A DNA stretch of 43,904 bases from Octopus bimaculoides (GCF_001194135.2 NC_068981.1:84820288-84864191), one strand, 5' to 3'. Counted from the stretch's first letter, positions 25,923-36,885 are shown. Notes: a model not told the origin generated them from the letters alone. Numbers and translations are program-made.

Positions 25923-26090
25923 GGAAAGGGATTAAGTCGATTGCATCGACCCCAGTGCGTAACTGGTACTTAATTTATCGAATCCGAAAGGATGAAAGGC
26001 AAAATCGACTTCGGCGGAATTTGAACTCAGACGAAATACCGCTAAGCATTTCGCCCGGCGGGTTAACGATTCTGCCAGCCTGCTTCCTTA
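25283..26090 (-). mobile_element. Cluster of 3-4 SINE family A copies separated by (TAA)n
   Basis: Head remnant at 25283-25318 and units at ~25330-25608, 25630-25848 and 25921-26090, each with GGATGAAAGG..AAAGTCGAC..CGGCGGAATTTGAACTCAG. Confidence 0.9.
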
Positions 26091-26091
26091 T

Positions 26092-26138
<47 letters not shown>

Positions 26139-26189
26139 CAGTTCTTTATTGGCCACAAGGGCGAAAAAAAAACAAATAGGGACAATACA

Positions 26190-26573
26190 GTTCTATATTT
26201 AAGAGATGAGGAATTATGTACATTATTTACATTATTTACATTTGACGGATATTTGTCCTCATTGCTTGTTGTTAACATAACGTTTCGGTTAATATACCCT
26301 CCAAGCCTTCATCAGGTGTCTTAGGGAAATTTTGAACCTGGGTTCTCATTCCTAAGGTATTTTTCGATGTTGTTGTTGTTATTATTATTATTATTATTAT
26401 TGAAGTCACTGCTTGGAATCGAACTCGGAATCTTGGGGGTTAGTAGCCCGCGCTCTTAACTACTACGCTATAAGCCCGTGAGCATATGATGAAGGCTGGA
26501 GGGTATATCAGCCGAAACGTTGTGTTAACAACAAACAAGATGAGGACAAATATCCATCAAATGTAAATAATGT
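26190..26573 (-). mobile_element. tRNA-headed SINE-like element with a Penelope-type hammerhead tail and a 5' inverted tail copy
   Basis: TSD AAATAGGGACAATACA at 26174-26189 and 26574-26589. A box TAGCGTAGTAG (26470-26460), B box GTTCGATTCC (26424-26415). Inverted arms ~26227-26314 and 26487-26573. Confidence 0.8.
26274..26320 (-). ncRNA. Minimal type-I hammerhead motif (mutated copy)
   Basis: GACAC-CTGATGA-A-GGCTTGGAGGGTATATTAACC-GAAA-CG-TT-ATGTT. The plus-strand partner at 26487-26526 keeps stem II GGCTG/CAGCC and GAAACGTTGTGTT. Confidence 0.65.
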
Positions 26574-26860
26574 AAATAGGGACAATACAAAACTGGGGAC
26601 ACGTTGGGTTTAACACAAAAATCCAATAAACAATAAAATAACAATGACAACGATGCAATTACACAATAAAATTCCCCAAAAGGGGCCAGTTTCTCTCAGA
26701 GACAACCGAGGAACCTCACACATTCTGGTTAACCCGACTTCCAAATGCACCTCAGTAGGCGCCTCTCTCCTTCTCAACTCTTCCGGTTTGCAAACGAAAG
26801 TACAGAGTAGGCCCATTCACACAGGCCATCCTCGCCACACGCACCCACCTTTCAACAAAT

Positions 26861-27562
26861 TTAGTGGTGGGGAGGAGGCAGAACTTGCCTCTCTACTCTC
26901 ACTTTCCTTTTCAAGTGGAACTTGAAAATGTCGATGCGGGCTTGGTCGAAGAGGAAAGTATCTGCTTCAGTCCTTTGGATCTCGTCCACCACATTACCTC
27001 CTTCGCCATAGCCATCAGACAGAAGAAAACTGCCTTTCCTTCCCAGCCACTTGTTCGAGTCCTTCCTCAACAGCACCACCACTGCACGGCTCACAGCACT
27101 GGGAATTCTCCCATTCTGGTAGATGTCTGCCAAGAGACCACCGGACAAGTCTGGCATATGAAAGTAAAGCTCGAAGGACTGACCATCCTGCCTCGGAGAC
27201 TTCTGTCTTGCGCAGGCCTTCATCCCGTCCCGTATATCTTCAGCTGTTATCAGTATTTCGCAGAACTCCGAATACCTGGCTGAGAGGGGCGGCATTCCAC
27301 TGAGATAGTAGGTGAAATCCACCACCGTTCCATAACCATTGCACGCCCCATACACTTCGGCGATGTACCGCTGAAATTCCGCTGACATCTGCTTTGACTC
27401 GGTCATTATGCGCCCATCACAGCTCACCAAAGACCGAAATGTGTTTTTGTTTCCAAGAAGTGCCTCTGCCACCCTGGTCCGTCGAACGGCTTTCAGTGCA
27501 CGAGCCCTAGCTCTGACAACGCAACCTTCATGCTTGACATTGAAGAATTGATCAAAAGCCAA
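26861..27562 (-). pseudogene. In-frame fusion of LINE pre-RT linker to the ORF2 C-terminus (RT core deleted)
   Basis: ...VVVLLRKDSNK|WLGRKGSFL... In the 8.7-kb copy LLRKDSNK continues into the RT domain. Confidence 0.8.
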
Positions 27563-28101
27563 TCACGCCGCTAGCACGTCGGTCGCTAAGCACCTCTTCT
27601 GGCTTCCTAACTAGGTCTCCTATCCTATATTCCTCTAGGGCTATTTCCTTACGAAAACCTACCGCCTCTACTTTAATAGCCATTTTCAGCGCTATCCACC
27701 AACAGCTGTTGACGATTCGCCCGCCAACTCTCGATAGACTAACTTGCTAACTCCGTCTCTTAAAGTTTGGTGCACCGTGAAGGACGCGTTCAGCTTCCAG
27801 TATCTAGGGCCCTGTTTATGGATCCTAAATGTGTCGTCGGTACAGACAACAAATTGATGGTCCGTGCAGCCGACGACATTGAAACGTGGACAAATTATAC
27901 TACTTCTGTCTATAGGCCTACAAAATACTCTATCTAGATACGATCTGGAAGACCCAATGCAGTGCGCCTATGTCCACATTGACTCATTCTGGAAATCCAG
28001 TCAGTACCTGTTAGCTAGGAATCGGCTGAGCAGGTTTGTGAGGCTTTTGCTCCAAATTCTCCTATAGGCTATTCAGGCATGCGTCCAAGATGGTGTTCCA
28101 G

Positions 28102-28497
28102 TCACCCACTAACATTAAAGAGTGTGACGTCCCAAGGAAAAGCTCCAAACGTCTGAAGAAATCTGGTTGCCTCCGCCCCCGTGTGTACGTAAACAGCGAC
28201 TAGTCTAAAGGCATCACCTTCACTCTCGCTCACGTCCAGGACAACTAACCTACCTTCCGGATCCAGAAAGATTGTCCGATCTTCGAGATTCAGGCCTCCT
28301 ATTTCGGGTTGACTAAGAGATGCGTAGATCTTATAATCGTTGAAAATTGGTGCAAGATCGCGTGTGTCGGAAATCTTGGTCTCACTGGCTGCAATCACAT
28401 CCAGTCCTAGCGACCTGAGATCATTGAGCAAGTGACCTTGCTTCCAGGGTGACCTCAGGGCGCGGAAATTTATGCTGCCCACTCTGACAATCGCCAT
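28102..28497 (-). pseudogene. LINE ORF2 apurinic-like endonuclease N-terminal remnant
   Basis: ORF track MAIVRVGSINFRAL...LDVIAASETK (N and E motifs of the EEP fold). Confidence 0.88.
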
Positions 28498-29759
28498 GAT
28501 GGCTCGAAAGTGTTAAGGAAAAGAAAAGAAAAAACAGTGTTACTTACCCTCTTGGAGTTGTTGGCAGCCCGGTGACACCAGTTTCGGATTTGGTTGTCCT
28601 AGGAAACCAGCTAAAAGCCTCTTCGATTTGGGATTTGACCTTCCCACGTCACGCGGGAAGTTCCTCTGAATTTCTTTCTATATTTGAGGGGTAACCGTAC
28701 TAACATTAAATGATCCAAAACCCTAAGGGTGCTGGTGTCCCCGTTGGACAGCAGGATCAGGTCTGGGATCTTCACGATATTCTCTGATTTTACATGGATT
28801 AATATCTCCAAGTTGATCCCGCCCTTTTTCTCTCTGCTGCTCTATTTTACCTTCAGGAGTGACTCTGGGTCCTGTACCACATAGGTAGCGATCCATCGTT
28901 TACCCTAATTCTGGTCGTTCTCTTCGAGAGTTAGATGGGATAAAGGACCCACTCCTCAGTCCACCGTGGTGTTACTCCGTGTCTTCGCGTGAGGTTCTCA
29001 CTTTTAAAGAGCACCTCAATGCTAGCAAACTGCCTCCCTCTCTGTATGTGAGTCACATCTATTAAAATTTCGCTGAGGGCCTTCTCAACGTGACTGATTG
29101 ATGCTATTTCGGATCTCCTACTTTTCTGTGATACGCATTTAAAATATACTGTTTTTTTTCTTTTGCCTCTATTATTTCAGGAGGTGCGAGCACTGATGCC
29201 TTACCCCTGTCAACTTTGATGAGGTCTTTTGCTTTTAAAAGTTCTCGAATTTTGTCCTCCAAAGGAATTGTAAACATTTCTTTCTTTGTGTTTGCTTCAT
29301 AAGCAAACCTCTTGTTTTTGTTATTGTTTTTGTTGTTGATGTCGTCGACGTTGCTGTTGTTGTTGTTATTACTGCTGCTGCTGATGTTGCTGTTAGTGGT
29401 GATTGTGGTGGAGTGTGGCCACTTCCACCTTTGCCCCTCTCCATACCACCGTCAGCGCCTTCAATTGTAGCATTATTTTCTCCGCTAAAATCCATTGTGT
29501 TCTGAATTGCATTGTTGTTGCTAACATTATTACTAGTACTGCCACCGCTGTCACCGCCGCTGCTGTCGCCGCCGTCACTATCATTGTCGTCACTACGGTT
29601 GCCAATGTTTTCATTCCTGCTACTACTTTGAACTGTTTTCCCTTCCTTTTCTCCTCCCCCTCTCCTGTAATGTTGTCAGTAACGGAGGGAAATCTTCAGC
29701 ATTCAAAACATGTTTTTCAAGAGGGGTAGTTTTTTTTTTTAACTCTTCCAAGATGCGTT

Positions 29760-29770
29760 CCGCCATCTTG
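29760..29770 (-). promoter_or_regulatory. YY1-type motif CAAGATGGCGG overlapping the putative ORF1 ATG (29766)
   Basis: Plus strand CCGCCATCTTG at the 5' end of the LINE. Confidence 0.4.
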
Positions 29771-30008
29771 TTTATTTATATTGAATTAAAAAACACCTAC
29801 CGAATTTATTTGGGGACCGAATATAGCCCCGCTAGGAGCTAAACAAACACAGGATCCCTATGCCAGGTCCTTAGTGTTTCTATTAACAAACTGGAGCAAT
29901 ATTTAAAGGGGAAAAAAGGCGGTAACAAACGGGTGTAAATTAAAGTTTTAAACAAGATTTACTTTGGGCGCTTGAAAATACGTCTGTCGTGTTCAGCAGT
30001 TAAAGTTA

Positions 30009-30060
<52 letters not shown>

Positions 30061-30286
30061 GGAAAACTGANNNNNNNNNNNNNNNNNNNNNNNNNNNNNN
30101 NNNNNNNNNNNNNNNNNNNNNNNNNNNNNNNNNNNNNNNNNNNNNNNNNNNNNNNNNNNNNNNNNNNNNNNNNNNNNNNNNNNNNNNNNNNNNNNNNNNN
30201 NNNNNNNNNNNNNNNNNNNNNNNNNNNNNNNNNNNNNNNNNNNNNNNNNNNNNNNNNNNNNNNNNNNNNNNNNNNNNNNNNNNNNN

Positions 30287-30612
30287 ATAGGTGCCCTGGG
30301 AATGATAGCAAAAGGGCTGATTACTACCTAGCTCAGATACCAGGAAACCTCAAAATGGCAGAAATTCAAAAGATAGTGTTCATGGGAACTGCTCATATCC
30401 TACGCAAAATATTTTCAATGTAATCTCAAATTTTAAAACAAACACAATTTTCGTATGGCTTCTTAAACATTCTCTAGAACAACACTATGTACAAAACCAA
30501 ATATATGCCACTTTAGTTACAACTACAACATGAACTTTTAACTTGTCTCTTGAGGTCTCTAGGTGAGACTTGGAGCCAACTTGTACAAATGCAAAGCAAA
30601 AGTCAAACATAA

Positions 30613-30664
<52 letters not shown>
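30287..30664 (+). mobile_element. R4/Dong-clade LINE 3' end with (TAA)n tail
   Basis: IGALGMIAK/ADYYLAQIPGNLKMAEIQKIVFMGTAHILRKIFSM* is the typical RLE C-terminus (one frameshift), followed by a 3' UTR and TAA repeats. Confidence 0.8.
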
Positions 30665-30666
<2 letters not shown>

Positions 30667-31005
30667 GGAAAACTGAATTTTTTTTAAGAATGATTCCTGG
30701 CTTACTATCTACACAGGAAGTGCAAAAGATTGTCTTGACTGGTACGTTGCCCATCTTGAGAAGAGTATTGTCGCTGCGAATTTCTCTTTTTTCTCTTTAT
30801 TCGTTTGCTTCTTAAATTTAAATTTTTTCTTTTGTCCCCTCTGCCTTTTTCCCTTTTCTCTATCACATGACTTTGCAAATGAACAATCTAGTGTGTTTAT
30901 TTTAATGGCCTACCAATGTATACAGTGAGTTTCTCTGCCCTAGGTTTCAGGAAGACACTCGGCAAGAAATGGAAACGGAACTGAAAGATGATGATGATAA
31001 TAATA
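30665..31005 (+). mobile_element. Older R4/Dong-type 3' end from a second family
   Basis: LRMIPGLLSTQEVQKIVLTGTLPILRRVLSL aligns with IPGNLKMAEIQKIVFMGTAHILRKIFSM. Different 3' UTR ending in (GAT)(AAT)(AAC) repeats. Confidence 0.65.
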
Positions 31006-31007
31006 AT

Positions 31008-31070
<63 letters not shown>

Positions 31071-31805
31071 AATANNNNNNNNNNNNNNNNNNNNNNNNNN
31101 NNNNNNNNNNNNNNNNNNNNNNNNNNNNNNNNNNNNNNNNNNNNNNNNNNNNNNNNNNNNNNNNNNNNNNNNNNNNNNNNNNNNNNNNNNNNNNNNNNNN
31201 NNNNNNNNNNNNNNNNNNNNNNNNNNNNNNNNNNNNNNNNNNNNNNNNNNNNNNNNNNNNNNNNNNNNNNNNNNNNNNNNNNNNNNNNNNNNNNNNNNNN
31301 NNNNNNNNNNNNNNNNNNNNNNNNNNNNNNNNNNNNNNNNNNNNNNNNNNNNNNNNNNNNNNNNNNNNNNNNNNNNNNNNNNNNNNNNNNNNNNNNNNNN
31401 NNNNNNNNNNNNNNNNNNNNNNNNNNNNNNNNNNNNNNNNNNNNNNNNNNNNNNNNNNNNNNNNNNNNNNNNNNNNNNNNNNNNNNNNNNNNNNNNNNNN
31501 NNNNNNNNNNNNNNNNNNNNNNNNNNNNNNNNNNNNNNNNNNNNNNNNNNNNNNNNNNNNNNNNNNNNNNNNNNNNNNNNNNNNNNNNNNNNNNNNNNNN
31601 NNNNNNNNNNNNNNNNNNNNNNNNNNNNNNNNNNNNNNNNNNNNNNNNNNNNNNNNNNNNNNNNNNNNNNNNNNNNNNNNNNNNNNNNNNNNNNNNNNNN
31701 NNNNNNNNNNNNNNNNNNNNNNNNNNNNNNNNNNNNNNNNNNNNNNNNNNNNNNNNNNNNNNNNNNNNNNNNNNNNNNNNNNNNNNNNNNNNNNNNNNNN
31801 NNNNN

Positions 31806-32002
31806 CAATGTAATCTCAAATTTTAAAACAAACACAATTTTCTTATGGTTTCTTAAACATTCTCTAGAACAACACTATGTACAAAACCAAATATATGCCA
31901 CTTTAGTTACAACTACAACATGAACTTTTAACTTGTCTCTTGAGGTCTCTGGGTGAGACTTGGAGCCAACTTGTACAAATGCAAAGCAAAAGTCAAACAT
32001 AA

Positions 32003-32073
<71 letters not shown>

Positions 32074-32098
32074 TGATGATAATAATAATAATAATAAT
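31806..32098 (+). mobile_element. Second copy of the young R4/Dong 3' UTR with (TAA)n tail
   Basis: Nearly identical to 30416-30660 (3 substitutions seen by eye) with a different downstream flank. Confidence 0.8.
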
Positions 32099-32654
32099 TG
32101 AATTTCTCTGAATCTAAGATGAGTGGATATCAATCTCCCAAGATTACAGACTTAACATTTTGTTGGTGATTGTACACTGTAATGCGCTATAGAAATATCA
32201 TTCTTATAAATTAACATTTTGAAGGAGAAATAACACTTGCAATAGCCATGTTGATTAAATTACACCGTTGTAGCTGTGATTTCTTATTTCTCTCAACATT
32301 ATCTTATTTAGGAATGTTGACATTAAACTACATCCAGTGACAAGGCTCTAGCTCGAGAATTCAGAAGTTTTGGGAAGTATGAAGCTACCTTTACTTCACG
32401 GTCCGCAATGGCTTGAGGTGATAGTATCTGTCAAGGACCTACTTATAGGTCCAGTAGTAGGAGGTGGTCCTATGGCTAAGATATAGAAGACTTGGAGAAT
32501 GACCGGCACATGTGTCAGATAGTTACGCCTGTGTTTGGACATTTCCTGATGTGACGTTAACCAGTTTCCTCGTCTACGATTTAACTAAACCCAGTGACTC
32601 AAGAGTAAGTTCGGTAGAGCAGGAAACTTGTCGAGTAAACTGTAAATAGACTGA

Positions 32655-32760
32655 CAGAAGGCACCGGAAAACCATTGCTGTATACTTACTAAGGAAAACC
32701 ATGAACGTTCAGACTTTGCCATGAAGGTCCATGGTCACTGATAGTTGTCATGGCATATGA
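32655..32760 (+). mobile_element. Old RTE/BovB-type 3' tail (LINE or RTE-tailed SINE)
   Basis: GAAGGCACCGGAAAACCATTGCTGTATACTTACTAAGGAAAACCATG...GTCCATGGTCAC resembles the BovB-type GAAGGCAATGGCAAACCACTCCAGTATTCTTGCC...GTCCATGGGGTC tail. Confidence 0.45.
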
Positions 32761-33519
32761 AGAGAGACATAAGAAAATATTAAAAAAAACAAAAACATTT
32801 TTGGCTACCACTCAGAATATGATCAACTTCTTGCAGAATGAACCCTTCCTCATTTTTTCGGAGATCATTTACATTTTCCCTTTCATTTACAATTATTGAT
32901 ACTATCTACTCTTTTCAGCTTAATTATTAAGTTCTTCGGAAAATTACCAAATCTGAGCTGTCCTGTATAAATATGTAAAGAGCGTTATTAAATCAAAATT
33001 GATTCTATACATTTTTGCCAATTATATGTGGCTACTACGCAATATCCTTCAAGTAATTATGAGTATCTGGTCTGTTACCGGAGCTTTTCTGCTTAAAATA
33101 TGTGGTACAATCCTAGAAGAAAAAAAAGGACGTCGCTGATCTAAGAAATATGATGAATGTGATAATTTTACGTAACCAAGGTCAGTCAGGTTTCGATTAA
33201 TAAAAATCGTACAAGATGTACTTGACGCTTCTACTTTTGAAAATTATCTTGAAATATATATGTTCAAGCACATTAATTTTATTAGAATATTTCTTCTACA
33301 AACATGTAGAAGATTTGTCTTTTACGAGTCCGCACCACCATATGAGACTTTTGAAACCAATATTACAATCTCTGTTAAAAGTAGAGCTTTTATTCTCATT
33401 TGATTAATATAGTTAGAGAATCATTGGGCTCACCTTGCGAGGTAAACTTAATACGCCTCACGGTTTAACACTTCTGACTGAACTTGGGTGCTTTTAGCTG
33501 AGTTCAAATTATAGCAGCG

Positions 33520-34065
33520 CTCTATTGGTACGTATTGTACTGACCCCGAAAAAGATGAAAAGCAAACTCGACCTCGGCAGAATTTGAACTCAGTCAGAAG
33601 AAATGTCGCTAAGTATTTTGTCCGACGATCCTGCCAAGTCGCTACCCTCTAATAATGATTTCAAATTTTGGTATAAAGCCAGAAATTTTAGGATAGGAAG
33701 TACGTCGATTATATTGACCCCAATGATCAACAGGTAATCATTTTACCAACCCCGAAGGATGAAAGGCAAAGTCAAACAGTAGCAGAATTTGAACTCGGAA
33801 CGTAAAGCCGGAAGAAATGCCGGTAAGCATTTTTCCCAGCGCGGTAACGATTCTACCATCTCGCCGTCCTATAGTTTCTTATATTGGTACAAGGCCTTTG
33901 AAGGACGGGATTTAGTTAACTAAATTGACCCTAGTACTTGACTGGTAATACAGTTTATCGACCCCCGTAAAAATGAAATATAAAATCGCCTCGGCGGTGT
34001 TTGAACTCAGAACGTAAAGAACCATGACTGGGTACTGCAAAGCACGTTGTCCGATGCTCTAAAGA
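33520..34065 (-). mobile_element. Three diverged SINE family A copies in tandem
   Basis: Repeated GATGAAA..CAAA.TCG..CTCGGC.GAATTTGAACTC blocks near 33555, 33758 and 33975. Confidence 0.8.
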
Positions 34066-34067
34066 GT

Positions 34068-34070
34068 AGC

Positions 34071-34146
<76 letters not shown>

Positions 34147-34160
34147 ATAGTAGTAGTAGA
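34068..34160. repeat. (AGT)n microsatellite
   Basis: Direct reading. Confidence 0.95.
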
Positions 34161-34374
34161 GGCATCACCGACAGCAGCAGTAGTAAACTGATTTGTTAGA
34201 AGAAAAAAATCCATCCCAAATGATAAATAAACGAATTGACATAAGCAAACGTCTCAGCTTTTATTTGACACCGTCAGCGGCGAATGTGTATTCAACAAAC
34301 ACCTCGTACGGGCAAAGGTGAAAGACGTTTTGAATATGTTAGCTTATTTATTTACTATATTTGTTTATCCTTGT

Positions 34375-34406
<32 letters not shown>

Positions 34407-34837
34407 CATACATACATACATACATACATACATACATACATACATACTGTTATCTACAGATCCGTTTTGTAGCTGATACCGCAAGTATCAGACGATTTAA
34501 ACAAATAGATTACTTTGCAGTGTCACTTCATAACAAGCAACGCTCAACTTCTTTTTTCTAATTGCTCAATCAAACTGGTTCGTAAATAATTCTTAGTTTA
34601 ATGCATAATTAGATTAATTGATTGATTAATTGATTCACTCGTTCATTCATTCATTCATTCATTAATCAATTGTGTTTTCTCCACCTCCGTTGTACTTGAA
34701 CAATAATGTGTTGATTGTTCATTCTTGTTTTACTAACTATTATGAACACATTTTAGAAAAATAAACTGGAAAAAAAAAGGGAAAATGGTAAAGGTACCAT
34801 GAAGTAAACAACATATATAGGTATGCTCATTTCTCTA

Positions 34838-34988
34838 ATAATCCTTTCTACTATAGTCACAAAGCCTGCAATTTTGTGGGGAGATAGAATAGTCTGTTAC
34901 ATCGGCCCCAGTGCTCAACTGGTACTTATTTAATCGACCCCGAAAGGATGACAAGCGAAGTCGACCTCAATGGAATTTGAACTCAGGA
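34838..34988 (-). mobile_element. SINE family A, head truncated
   Basis: CCCGAAAGGATGACAAGCGAAGTCGACCTCAATGGAATTTGAACTCAG. Confidence 0.75.
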
Positions 34989-34994
34989 CGTTGT

Positions 34995-35365
34995 TGTTGG
35001 AACTCCGTCGCTTACGACGTCGAAGGTTCCAGTTGATCCGATCAACAGGACAGCCTGCTCCTGAAATTAACGTGCAAGTCGCTGAGCACTCCACAGACAC
35101 GTGTACCCTTAACGTAGTTCTCGGAGATATTCAGCGTGACAGTGTGACAAGGCTGACTCTTTGAATTACAGGTACAACAGAAACAGGAAGAAAGAGTGAG
35201 ATAAAGTTGTGGTGAAAGAGTACAGCAGGGTTTGCACCATCCCCTGCCGGAGCCTCGTGGAGCTTTAGGTGTTTTCACTCAATAAACACTCACAACGCCC
35301 GGTCTGGGAATCGAAACTGCGATCCTATGACCGCGAGTCCGCTGCCCTAACCACTGGGCCATTGT
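34995..35365 (-). mobile_element. SINE family B' (different tRNA head, same 3' body as family B)
   Basis: Head CAATGGCCCAGTGGTTAGGGCAGCGG...GTTTCGATTCCCAG. The body matches 14079-14260. Confidence 0.8.
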
Positions 35366-36218
35366 AATAAGTGCTTGCGGGGCTTTGAGAAGATCCGACT
35401 AGAAAAGCTGGCTTGAAATGCCATAGGGTTTGAAAGGTCGATACAATGCGTTGTTTGTGATGCTTATGAGAGACAGTATGGATGAATGATTAAGAAATTC
35501 TTTTTGCAGTCACGGGATTGTGGGGTCAGACATCGTTGCAATAGCGTCGAGTTGGCTCAAGTCTTGCGAGAAAAACTGGCTAAACGCAAGTTGCGTGAAA
35601 GCCTGCTGGATGAATTGTATTTCTAATTAAAAGATCCAGTCAACTTGAAAGTTACGCTGAGAGATTACCTTTGACTTTGGAATATCTAGTCGCTTATCAA
35701 CTAATTCATTGAACCTGGTAGTTCAGTTAATCGGACAAGCGAAGACTAAAAGTAGGAAATTGCATTCGAGAACCATTTGTTAATCGCAACAAGGTAATGA
35801 TTGTATAAACGAAAGGTACCGAGACGGTGATGACTTGGTAAATGCTGGTTTTGGAGGCATGAGAAAGACCAAAGGTGTTTGAAGTGCATGTGTGTTGGTT
35901 AGACATATGTATAGGGTATGCAACTAATTGACGTGGTGAGTTGATGATTGTGAAAAATCGATTTGTCATCAACGTCATGAGTATCGAATGTGTGATAACC
36001 TTAAACTGTTTTGAGCGTTGAAGTTACCAAGGACGATGAATTCAGAGAGTAATATGTTAAATGTTCTCGAAGGAAGAGTGTATAAATACACAGTCTTTAA
36101 GAAGCTATTTTCCAGTTTACTGCACCAAAGATTCTTCCATCTTTGCTACTTAGTCTGCATTTACTTAATTCCAACTTGACAAAGCTTTGTACACACTAGT
36201 AAGTTTGTTATTTGTCGT

Positions 36219-36364
36219 TTAGATATAGAACGAAAATTCTTTAGTGGGCTGTAAACGGGGGGATTCGATGTCAGTAGCTGACAGATCGTAACGCAGAAAC
36301 ACGTGTTTCTCTTTCCAGACTGTTACCACAGCGAAGGTCTTTCCATACTTGACTGCACATAAAC
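36219..36364 (-). CDS. Putative terminal coding exon of an unidentified host gene
   Basis: Acceptor TTTATATTTAACAG. The phase-1 frame reads (G)LCAVKYGKTFAVVTVWKEKHVFLRYDLSATDIESPRLQPTKEFSFYI*, matching the phase-1 donor at 36834. Confidence 0.55.
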
Positions 36365-36445
36365 CTGTTAAATATAAATGTAGACGGCATTATTTTAATC
36401 ATTGCTACTTGGTGTGTCTTTAATACGCACGCGCACACACACACA

Positions 36446-36506
<61 letters not shown>

Positions 36507-36833
36507 TTCTGTGTATTTGTAAACTGGAGTCTAAGAATGTTTGAAGAAAAGAAAGATAATCGACCAGTAGTTGCAAAAGTATATATGAATTTTCTAACAG
36601 TTCGTTATTTAAAAAAAATGATAGTTTGGTTCAGATGTGGGTCTAGAGTAGAAAATATGACCCACGAGTACCGCTAACCACCATCTCAATTCATATAACT
36701 ATGAGTCACAACCGAGGCTATTGACATTCGGTTGGATATCAGTAGCCTCGGCTGGGTCCTTTGAAAATTTGAAAATTTGGTTCGGGCATCAGTCATACAT
36801 TAGAGTTGAAAGGATGTGAGACCATGCACTTAC

Positions 36834-36885
36834 CGGTAAGGTAGCCTCCCGATGCGTCATCCACAATCTCAGGCCTACGCTCTAT
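36834..36885 (-). CDS. Putative short internal exon (5' boundary uncertain: 36885 or 36899)
   Basis: Donor CCG|GTAAGTG. Frame IERRPEIVDDASGGYLT(G). The GTCAG acceptor gives the required phase 0; the stronger TTTTAACAG acceptor (36899) is phase 1. Confidence 0.45.

Larger units (their letters stand above)
26130..29780 (-). mobile_element. L1/Tx1-like LINE with both ends but large internal deletions
   Basis: ORF1 remnants (TVYFKCVS, RGRQFASIEVLFKSE, TTRIRV, LEILIHV), APE endonuclease from 28497 (GSINFRAL, DVIAASETK, DPEGRLVVLDV, FRLVAVY), linker, C-terminus, and AATAAA followed by an (ATT)n tail near 26135. Confidence 0.88.

Noticed and set aside
26405-26480. Functional tRNA gene
   Set aside because: Acceptor and D stems are incomplete and the anticodon ACT is non-standard. 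It and the other tRNA-like heads in the window are embedded in repeats.
35380-36100. Possible decayed retroelement coding sequence
   Set aside because: No diagnostic motif could be read in any frame, so it is left unannotated (it may be host 3' UTR).
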